Shown: piece by piece, positions 44,541-53,802 of the stretch
Layout of the letters: every line of letters starts with the position of its first letter
Position numbering within the stretch: the first letter of the stretch is position 1
Assembly (NCBI RefSeq): GCF_000143415.4
Contig: NW_003314312.1
Span: forward strand, 1,107,510 to 1,171,509
DNA: 64,000 nucleotides
Direction: 5' to 3'
Origin: Selaginella moellendorffii
Taxonomy: Eukaryota; Plantae; Lycopodiophyta
Position numbers and translations under genes: made by a program
The notes under the pieces: generated by a model
The model's database searches: none
Told to the model about the DNA's origin: nothing
Seen by the model: only the letters and a program-made list of their open reading frames with translations

Positions 44541-46355
44541 CTACCAGTAATCTCCACAAGAACACACGCCGTCTTTGAAAAGGTGAAACCTGCTAGTGTC
44601 CCGGACGATGATCTCGCGACCTTCCATGGTCCTTGACACGAACTTTGTGAACTCGTGGCAGTCCCGGCACACTCTCAGGTTCTTTATAATATGAATGGGA
44701 GAGTTTCTTTTACCAGGAACGCTCATTGCTCCAAATGCCAGTGCCAGTCTCTCGCTGTGGAGCTTTCTCTCCACGCTCCCGAGCAGCAGTGGCCGCGTGT
44801 CCGGGACGTATCCCAGCTCGAGAGCTCGCGCGTGGAGCACGTCCAGGTACGAGTAAATCTCTTTCGCCTGTGGATGCCACTGACTTCTTACGCAGAACTC
44901 GTGAACTCGGCCTCTCACCACGATCTTGCTCGAGCCCGGCTCTTTTTTCGGGCACCGGGACTCCATGAGACGAGCAACGGCCTCGGCCTCCTCCGGCATC
45001 CCTGCGTCGGTGTACATGCTCGCCAGCGTCAAGTATCCCGCTCGGCAGTGAGGAAGAAACTCAAACACCTTCTCGGCAGCGCGCTTGCCTCGCTCCAGAT
45101 CGCCATAGCTCCGGCACGACCCCAGGAAGATCGACCAAGTTATGGCCTCCTCCTTGACGGGCATTCGGGCGATGAAACTCTCGGCCTCTTCCAGCTTCCC
45201 GGCTCGTCCCAGCATATCCAGCATGCAGTGGACGTGGTGGGCAGTGGGTCTCAGCTCGTGATCTCTCACCAGCGATGCGAAGTGGAAGCGGCCCTCGGGG
45301 ACGAAGCCGCCATGGCAGCAAGCTTCGAGCACTCCCACGAAAGTTACGTCGTTGGGCCTCACACCCTCCTGCTGCATGAGCGTGAAGAGCTTGAGAGCTA
45401 CCCGGGGATGACCGTGCCGGGCATACGCTTCCAGGATGGCGCTCCACACCACCACGTCTCTCTCCGTGAGCTTGTCGAAGATCTTCTTGGCTTCCGGGAG
45501 TCCGCCACACTTGCCATACATGTTGAGCAGCGCGGTGCCAAGCACGGTGTTGCTCTCCAGCCCCGCTTCGATGATCCGGCGGTGGATGGTCCGCGCGTCG
45601 GTGATCCGGGCCACGAGAACGCAGGCGTGAACCACGGCCACGAAGGTGATCACGTTGGCTTGGATCCCCTCGGCGTCCATTCGGTGGAACATCTCCAGGG
45701 CCTCGGTGCCGTGCCCGGTCTGGGCATACGCGGCGATCATGTTGCTCCAGCTGACAACGTCTTTGATCGCGAGCTCGTCGAAGACTTGGCGCGCTCGATC
45801 GATGCTGCCCACCTTGCTGTACATGTTGAGCAGCGCGGTGGCGACGACTGGATGCGATCCAAAGCCCACCTCGAGTGCCAGATCGTGGACGAGTTTTGCC
45901 CAGCGATGAAGCTCCGGCCCGGCGAATGCGTTGAGCACCGACGTGAAGGTCACGTAGCTGGGCTGGATCCCGTCCAGGAGCATCCGGAGGAAGATCACGA
46001 TGGCGTCGCTGGATCGATCGTTCTGTGCGTAGGCGGAGATGACGGCGTTCCACGAGACGATGTTCCTTCTCTTCATTTCGGAGAATGCCCGAGAGAGATC
46101 TTCCATGCCCCCGCATTTGCCATACATGATGAGGATGTGATTAGCGAGGAACATCACGTCCTGGTGCCCGGTGGCCACGATCCTGGCGTGCAAGCGCCGG
46201 CCATTGCCCAGATTCCTGCTCCGGCCGCAGGCGAGGAGGAGATCTAGGTATTCTGTGACCTCGCGGCTGCCTTGATCCAGACGGAGATTGTAGCGTGGCC
46301 GTCGGGAAGTATCGATCGCCGTGGAAATGCTGCTGCTGCTGCGAATGGAGATCAT
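44541..46355 (-). CDS. PLS-E-DYW PPR protein (C-to-U editing factor)
   Basis: PPR repeats, PG box KEPGSS, HSERLA, IKNLRVCRDCH, terminal CSCGDYW. Confidence 0.96.
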   Translation of the reverse strand: MISIRSSSSISTAIDTSRRPRYNLRLDQGSREVTEYLDLLLACGRSRNLGNGRRLHARIVATGHQDVMFLANHILIMYGKCGGMEDLSRAFSEMKRRNIVSWNAVISAYAQNDRSSDAIVIFLRMLLDGIQPSYVTFTSVLNAFAGPELHRWAKLVHDLALEVGFGSHPVVATALLNMYSKVGSIDRARQVFDELAIKDVVSWSNMIAAYAQTGHGTEALEMFHRMDAEGIQANVITFVAVVHACVLVARITDARTIHRRIIEAGLESNTVLGTALLNMYGKCGGLPEAKKIFDKLTERDVVVWSAILEAYARHGHPRVALKLFTLMQQEGVRPNDVTFVGVLEACCHGGFVPEGRFHFASLVRDHELRPTAHHVHCMLDMLGRAGKLEEAESFIARMPVKEEAITWSIFLGSCRSYGDLERGKRAAEKVFEFLPHCRAGYLTLASMYTDAGMPEEAEAVARLMESRCPKKEPGSSKIVVRGRVHEFCVRSQWHPQAKEIYSYLDVLHARALELGYVPDTRPLLLGSVERKLHSERLALAFGAMSVPGKRNSPIHIIKNLRVCRDCHEFTKFVSRTMEGREIIVRDTSRFHLFKDGVCSCGDYW

Positions 46356-46652
46356 TGCCGCCCTGGAACGCTGTCCATAGCCGCGAAGCTGGGAACCAAG
46401 CGCCAGCGCCCTAGAAGCCTAAAAGCCCTAAATTTTGGCGCCAAATTGCTCGTTAAAAGCTAAAAGATTCTTTCTCTCCGCAAAGAATATGCTAACTTTT
46501 ACCAATTTATAAAAATGAAAGCATGGGGTTTTATTAGGATACATAAGATCACCACATTCTTGCTATAATTATATCAATTGCGTCATAAGTTAACAGACTA
46601 CTTAGATTTGAGAACAGCATTTTAGGGTAGAAGAATATAAATAAAAAATAAA

Positions 46653-47537
46653 TTATAATTTGTTATTATTAAAACAAGTTGTATAACTGTTTAATGCCCA
46701 CCACACACTAGTTTCAGCTAATGCTTTATAAATTACTATATTACAGTCATTTTGAATAATAAGATAAGTAAATATAAAGCACTTTGGTTGCTGATTACAA
46801 TATTTATTACTTGACCATAACACTTCTCTTTCTTCTGTATATAATACTAAATTACCATCATTTTGAATATTAAGAATGCAATGGCCATTATAATATTTCT
46901 CATTAGGGGATTCCCATATAACATTTTTTTCAGAAAACAAAGCAAGTTTACAACTATATTGTAAATATAATATGATTTTACCATTTGGTGAGGTTAAAAA
47001 TTGACCTCTATACAAAATATGATCAGAAAAACCTGCATTTAAAGTTTTTTGAGCAATTTGACAATTTGTTTTATACTCATAATCTATATTTATGTTTGTA
47101 GTAATATTAAAAGGTTTCCAACGAGTTACTAATGCATAACGAATTGAAAACTTATTAGATATAATTTTACATTCATCAGACCGTGCTTTAAGTATATCCT
47201 TTGAAAATTTTATTAATACTTCTCTTATTGACCTTCTTAGAGACCCCCCAAATATAGAATTATCTTCTGTATTTCCATTTGAACAATGTCCAATAGCAAA
47301 ACGTTGTACTCTTATTACAACACCTCCTCCATCAATATCTATAAAACTTGAGTTAATAAAATTTGATGGATATTGTTTCCATTCTTGTAGTTGAGATAAA
47401 AGTTTTTCATATTCAGTGATAATGGTGTTAATATCATTTTCAGTAAGTGTATTATTTTTCCCCCATTCTACATTTGTTACTCCTAAAACCAGTTTTACTA
47501 GAATAAATAAAAGTAGCATTTTATAAAGATGATCCAT
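46653..47537 (-). CDS. Secreted protein: unknown N-terminal domain + bulb-type (GNA/B) lectin domain; intronless, very AT-rich
   Basis: Hydrophobic signal peptide; LYRGQFLTSPNG, QYSCKLALF, QNDGNLVLY..WSS, QNDCNIVIY (QxDxNxVxY mannose-site pattern). Confidence 0.82.
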   Translation of the reverse strand: MDHLYKMLLLFILVKLVLGVTNVEWGKNNTLTENDINTIITEYEKLLSQLQEWKQYPSNFINSSFIDIDGGGVVIRVQRFAIGHCSNGNTEDNSIFGGSLRRSIREVLIKFSKDILKARSDECKIISNKFSIRYALVTRWKPFNITTNINIDYEYKTNCQIAQKTLNAGFSDHILYRGQFLTSPNGKIILYLQYSCKLALFSEKNVIWESPNEKYYNGHCILNIQNDGNLVLYTEEREVLWSSNKYCNQQPKCFIFTYLIIQNDCNIVIYKALAETSVWWALNSYTTCFNNNKL

Positions 47538-48284
47538 TTACACATATAAATGAAGAAAAATAGATCAAATCAATATCATGTTAAAATTTAAAACTTTATT
47601 TTGAGTTTTTACTAAGAACATAAATTAGTCCTTTACAAGATGTTTTTAATCATGTCTAAATTTATTCTAGAAGCCCAATAGAATATTCATATTGTACAAA
47701 GCCATTCCAGATTTATTTGGGTTTATGGAAAATGATTCATTTTGTTTTATTTATTTTTTGTTTTCCTGAGGATTATATTCCCTTAATTAGAGGAAAGAAT
47801 ACTCTAGATTTGGACATTCCTAAGGAATATTTTGAGTGAAGAGGAATCAGCATCTAGAGCTTAAGAAAAGCTCCATAGAGTTTATGTAGAGTTTAGGGTG
47901 CTATTGTACACATCTAAACCTCAAAGTTCATCTCCAAAGGAGTTTTCAAGGAAAGATGCAAGGAATTGGGATCTAGAGAATGGCATGCGTTCATATAAAT
48001 ACATGGGATTGTGCTTAGAAGAAATTGAACAATGTATAGTGACTTAGAATATAGATTTAAAGCACGCATCATTTCCAATAAAAAAGAGAAGTCTCTAAGA
48101 GGTATATAAGTAAATGGTAGACTAGAGATGGAAAGATGTAAAGAACAGAATAAATTTACAAGCAAGAAAAGGTAACTATTTAAAATAACTATTCATTTTA
48201 AGTAAGCTGTCCTAATCATTGTTCTTTGTCACTCTTTCCAATTCCATAATCTTCCAAAGATTCATTTCGTTGAGAATGAAGTTG

Positions 48285-48690
48285 ATGAAGATCCTCTGGA
48301 CTGCGGCTGCGACTCCTGTACCTGGCGCTTCTTCCACCATCACAAGAACTGTCTGGAGATGGCGTATGGTAGCGCCGAGCATCCGAGTAAGCCTGGCTAA
48401 ATCCTCTACCTCGATGGATTCTTCCTTTCCGATTGGGGGGTGGTGGGCTTCGGCATGATGTGCAGCGTGGAGGTGATGGGCTCCCGATGCGCGCCAAAGG
48501 TGGTGAACTCTGACGCTGTGGAGGTGATGGAAGACTCCGACGATGACGGGGAGGTGTTCCAGTTGGACCAGGTGGAGGTGTTGGACTCGGACTTGTGTGC
48601 CGCAGAGGTGTCACACTTCGAGCGGCTCGCTTTGCAGGGCTTGGGCTTCTTCGGCTTCTTCGGCTCGTCCTCGCCACTGCCTCCATCATT
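48285..48690 (-). pseudogene. Partial duplicate of the RS/SP-rich 3' exons of the neighbouring cyclophilin
   Basis: [40 protein letters not shown] matches 50180-50800. Confidence 0.88.
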
Positions 48691-48835
48691 TCAAATTGAC
48701 CTAAAGAGGAGAAGTTTATCAAGTATATATACACGTAAAAGGGTGATCTTGAAAGTACATCCCCCTCTCACGAGAATATAAGCCACACACAAGGTCTTTA
48801 AAGAAGAGAATCCTTTGAGAAAAGTCAAGAGAATC

Positions 48836-49741
48836 ATGGAGAAGGAATTGCCCATTCTGGGATCATGGGCGACAGAGCTGCCCGGATGGCATCGGTGGGG
48901 ATGCAAAAGAGCCTGGCCGTATGTTCCAGAGGTGGGCACCTCCAAACTCTTGCAACAAATCGAGGGCGTGCATCCCAAGCTGTCGGAGGTCCCTGACCCT
49001 GAGCTTGGAAAGCAGATGCAGCTCTTGGAATTCTTAGACCTGTGTGTGGCTCCGCGAGCGTTTACGCTGGAGCCAGGTGCCACCAGGGCCAGGATGCTAC
49101 GTTTAAATTACGACCCCAGGGAAGGTCCCCGCGCCATCCCTGCGGGCTTGGTTGCTGCTGCAGATTACATGGATACGAGGCAAGAAAAGGGAGTCCTCAT
49201 CAGCCTGGATGATGTTGTCAAGGTGCACAAGCTTGTGATGATGAATCACGGTAGTGGTGAAGAAGCTGAAGCTGATACTGATGCCTTGGGCAAGTATATT
49301 GATGAGCTCCACACCAAGCTGGGAGCTCTGGAGGATGATCCGAGCCTCAGTTGGCAGCAGCGCGCCCAGCGCCTGATAACAATCGCTGCGGAGACTTTGC
49401 TGTGGTTTTTCGGCCGCAGGCCATTCAAAGATGGCAATGCGAGGGTGGTGGAGGTGGTGTGCGTGTGGCTCTTGGAAAGCCTGGCGCCCTGTGTGCCATT
49501 CAGCATCAATCTGTGGCTTGCGCTGGATGAGGGGAAGATGGGAAGTTTAGTTGGCTGCCAGAAGCGGACTCACAAGGAGCGCTCATTTTCACCGGCACCG
49601 TCGGGTGTGGAAGACGTAGTAGCATATATTGTGGAGAGGCTGTGGGTGGCTTGGAATAACGTGCTTCGTTTTGATTCTGGCCCGGTTGAAGAAGAGAATC
49701 CCTTAGAGAGTTTCTCAAAGTTACGTGGTTTTAATAAATAA
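48836..49741 (+). CDS. Fic/Doc (Fido)-like domain protein with variant motif, intronless
   Basis: ISLDDVVKVHKLVM (Fic N-terminal helix pattern) and FFGRRPFKDGNARV versus canonical HPFxDGNGR. Confidence 0.7.
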   Translation: MEKELPILGSWATELPGWHRWGCKRAWPYVPEVGTSKLLQQIEGVHPKLSEVPDPELGKQMQLLEFLDLCVAPRAFTLEPGATRARMLRLNYDPREGPRAIPAGLVAAADYMDTRQEKGVLISLDDVVKVHKLVMMNHGSGEEAEADTDALGKYIDELHTKLGALEDDPSLSWQQRAQRLITIAAETLLWFFGRRPFKDGNARVVEVVCVWLLESLAPCVPFSINLWLALDEGKMGSLVGCQKRTHKERSFSPAPSGVEDVVAYIVERLWVAWNNVLRFDSGPVEEENPLESFSKLRGFNK

Positions 49742-49994
49742 ATTGCTGTGCGACGGTTCTTATTAATCTAAGTGATCAATTGAGAGTTCATAATTATACA
49801 CATGTTTATAATTTATGAACAAAAGAAAATATACTAGGAAGTGTTTAAGAAAGTTTATAAATTATTACATAAAACTAATTTAAATGAATTAACGGTAAAA
49901 TACTTTAAAATATCCAAGCTTAGCAAAGCAGTTAACTACATTTTCGCTTCACAAAACAAAGAACACAAGATTCACAAGAAAAGAAGAAGTTTTC

Positions 49995-52351
49995 CTACGG
50001 ACTGGTATCACCGTACGAAACTAGGCTCCGCGGGTGAGGCTGTGCTGGTGACCGCGACCTCCGCGAGCGTGGTGCTGGCGACCGGGAGCTTCGCGAGCGT
50101 GGCGGCGGCGTCCGAGATCTACTCCGAGTCGGCCTCCTGGGAAGCTGGGATCCATTTCTTCGAGGACCAAGTCGATGGCGAAGATCTTCTGGACTGCGGC
50201 TGCGACTCCGGCTAGAGCTTCTCCGGTACCTGGCAATCAAATGGCCACCCACATTCACCACCAAAGCTAGAGAGAGAGAACCAAGAACTGACCTTCTTGG
50301 AGGACTTCTGGGCCTTCGGGCTGGAGAATAGTGCCTGTAGTTCCTGCTACAAAGAGCTCAGAGGAGAAGGAAAAACAAAAAGCTGGGAATGAGCTTACCT
50401 GTTGCTTCTTCCGCCCCCATTGTATCCACGAGACCTGTCCGGCGATGGCGTGCGGTAGCGCCGAGCGTAGGAGTAAGCCTGGCTAAATCCTCTGCCTCGA
50501 CGGATTCTGCCTTCTCGATCGGGACTAGCACGGCGTGGAGCTGTCGGGCTTCGGCGGCGTGGAGGAGATGGGCTCCGGCGGCGCGGCGAAGGTGGTGGAG
50601 TCTGACGCTTTGGCGCAGGACTCCTACGTCGTGGAGGTGATGGAGGACTCCGATGACGGCGAGGTGTTGCACCTTGATGAGGTGAAGGTGTTGGACTCGG
50701 ACTTATGTACCGCGGGGGTGTCACACTTCGAGCGGCTCGCTTTGCAGGGCTTCGGCTTCGGGATTTGCTCAGACTGCGGCTCCGCCTCGCGACTGCCTCC
50801 TTGTGATGGACGGGACTAGCACTTTGACTCCTGTCTTAAAATGTTAGCCAGACTAATTGTCTATCATCTTTCTACCTTGATGACTTTGGAGGTGGCGCCT
50901 CTGCTCGACCGGCCTTGTTCTCCTCGGCACGAACACTGATCACATCCTGACGCTCTTTGCTGGCTTTTCCTCTCTTATCCCGCTCCTTTTCCGCGTCACT
51001 CTCCGATTCTGCACTGCTTCCTGCTTCACTGTCCGACCTGAAACAAAGCAAGTAAGCGTACATTCCTGGAGAGTACGAGGTAGACCAAACCTATTGTGTT
51101 TTCGGCGTTTTCTATCTTTGTGTTTCCGCTTTTCCTTTCTCTTCTTCGATTTCTCCTTTTTTGAACGCCTTCGCCTTCTGCGCCTTTCCTCCTCACTGGA
51201 TGTGTCTGACGACGACGGAGAGAGCTCAGATTCGCTCTCCGAATCTGTGTCAGAATACCGACGGTTTTTCCTCTTCTTCTTGTCTGAAGTTTTCCGGCGC
51301 CTTCTCCTCGATCTTCTGTCGTCCTCACTTTCGTCGCTGGATGAGTATTCGTTGACCGTTTTATGCTTCTTGCTGGCTTTCTCGTTCTCTACGAAATAGA
51401 GAGCATTAAAACAACTGTGCAAAAAAAACACCGTTATACCTTTTGCTGCAACTTTGTTCTCAGAGACTTCCCCACAATCAACAATCTTGATCGTATCAAA
51501 AGGTCTGTTCGACACCGGCTTAACAGGCTGTAACTCAATTTTTCTGAGCACTTCGAGACCCTCTACGACACGGCCGAATACCACATGCTTCCTGAATAAA
51601 AATTCATGAAAAAAAAGCAGCGCAAAAGAAGAAATCGCACCCGTTAAGATGTGGCGCAGGTGCAAATGTGAGGAAGAACTGTGACTTGTTGGTATTTGGT
51701 CCGGCATTCGCCATGGATAAAACTCCAGGCGTGTCATGAGTGCAAACGAAGGACTCGTCTACAAGAGCCAGAATGGAAAAAAAAATTAAAGCACGCTAGG
51801 AAAAGAAATACAAACCATTGAATCTGCCACCGTAAATACTTTCTCCACCAGTTCCTGCAGGAATCGGAGATGAGAAATGGTCGGCTACATCGCAATGAAC
51901 AAGTGTGTATTACCATCGCCCTTGGTAAAATCCCCGCCCTGCTTGCCATGCACTAAGTCACACACAGCCGAAAAGTAGAACAAAACCACATACCTGAGCC
52001 ATGAAACCTTTGATAACTCTGTGAAAGATAGAGCCTTTGTAATGTAGTCGCTGTCCAGTTTCTTTGCCTTTGCCTATCTCGCCTGTGAGGAAGTCCCCCC
52101 CAAAAAAAGAATGAGAATCGTTGATCTTCGCAGAGCGCGATGCGATGGAGACTTACCCGTGCACAGAGCGCGGAAGTTTTCCGCGGTGCGAGGAACCTTA
52201 TCGGCGAAGAGCTGCGTAGAAAATGCGCCCACATTAGTAGAAGAATCGATGGACGCGCACTAGGAGCTCTCACCTCCATCACAACCCTTCCGGCGGGATC
52301 ATCAGCGATGGTAATATCGAAGAAGACTCGCGGATTCGGCTTCTTCCCCAT
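49995..52351 (-). CDS. SR-rich multidomain cyclophilin (CYP63/CYP95/PPIG-like)
   Basis: [55 protein letters not shown], then Lys/Ser- and RS/SP-rich tail; many introns. Confidence 0.93.
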
Positions 52352-52465
52352 GGCGCCAAGGGGATCGCGTCACGCCGCCGCCCTCGCCAATGAGATAAAC
52401 CCTAAAACTTTTAACCTTTTTTTTACCTCCAAGAAAGGAAGGCATGTTATTAGGGTTTATCGGCC
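52352..52465. promoter_or_regulatory. Minimal bidirectional promoter with two opposed teloboxes
   Basis: 114 bp between divergent ATGs; AAACCCTAA ~52397 and TTAGGGTTT ~52450. Confidence 0.6.
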
Positions 52466-53635
52466 ATGGAATTCCATGGGAGGCTCCCCGCGCTGCTCGC
52501 CATTCTCTTGCTCCTGTGCATTTTCGGCGCAGCTCAATCGTCGCGCAAGGCTGGATCAGGCGATGCTAATGGCGATGTCGATCGAGGAGGAGGCCAAGAT
52601 CAAGATCATCAGTCGCCTCCTCCACCGCCATCGCCATCGCCACCGCCGCCGCCGCCCCCGCCGCCGTCCAAGATCGAGTCCAAGGTAAGATTCTTGTGGG
52701 AAAATGCCAAGGCGGTGAGAATGGATTCTGGATGCTACAGGAAGATTTCAATGCTACTGCCGGTTCTTCCAAGAATCAGACCAAGGAGGAGGATCCGCCG
52801 CCATCGACGGGAGCTCAACCTCCACCGGAGGCCGAGGAAGAAGATCCTGGTCACTGTTGCGGTCTTAAAATGCGCGCTTGCCTCTCTTCTCCCGGCGATT
52901 CTAGCGATGGTAGGCAAGAATTTTCTTTTCTAGCTTGATAGTTCTTTCCTTGATTCTCGCAGGAATGCTCTCTCTTGTGATCAAGAGCCACGAAGTCGTC
53001 AAAGTGAAAGTGATCACACCGAGCTTCTTGAGCGCCGATCCTTCGGAGCTCACAACCACAGCCGATGGAAAAGAGATCCAAGTAAGTCTTAGATAGTTTT
53101 TTTTCTCTTTTTTCATGCTCTCTATCACCATCTCTTCCAGGTGAAGATAGAGATGGTCGATCCAGAAGCTGCCAAGCTCCAATCTTCCATCCAGATCACA
53201 GTGAAATCCGACACCGAGTCGTGCAAACTCCCAGTTCCTTCTCACAATCTCGGATACAGCGATCAGAAGAAAACGTTGCTGGGTGGATTCCGCTACTCGG
53301 CCCTGAGAACTCCGGTGGTGGGATTGAGTATGCTAGCCGCGGCACTCGTTCTGGTGATGGGATCTTGGCTCTACTGCCGCTACAGGGTGAAGAAAACGGG
53401 ACAATCGAGCGCGGGCGAGCACAGATATGTGGAGCTGGAGATGGGAGCTCCAGATCGAGATGGAGCTGGGACTGCGCTAGAGGTGGAAGACGATGGATCG
53501 TGGGACAAAGTCTGGGACGAGGAGTGGGACGATGGCGAGGAAGCGGTGGGAAGTTCTTCCTTCAAGCTGACCGAGAGCTTATCGGCCAAAGGCCTGGCGC
53601 CGCGAAGAACATCGAAAGATGGCCGGGTGGATTAA
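52466..53635 (+). CDS. Conserved plant single-pass membrane protein (At3g51580/At1g64385-like, unknown function)
   Basis: Signal peptide, Pro-rich stalk, ACLS.PG, TM helix, Y.ELEMG, WDKVWDEEWDD..SLSAKGLAPRRTSKDG. Confidence 0.8.
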
Positions 53636-53802
53636 ACGGTAAAAAAAGAGAATTCACTCGTTTGAGAGTGGACGATTTTGCTTACTTTACTCATGTAAAT
53701 TCTTCTCGCTTTTATACTGACGAGGTTAAACTTGCTTCGCGGAAGATGCCCGTACAACAAACTCTGCCTACCGTACAACCCTGGAAGAGGGTTTAGGGCT
53801 TT

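Noticed and set aside
44655-46247. Long antisense ORFs over PPR and RLK genes (also 34305-35204, 42217-43467, 29109-30116)
   Set aside because: Shadow ORFs expected from GC-rich codon bias; no recognisable motifs
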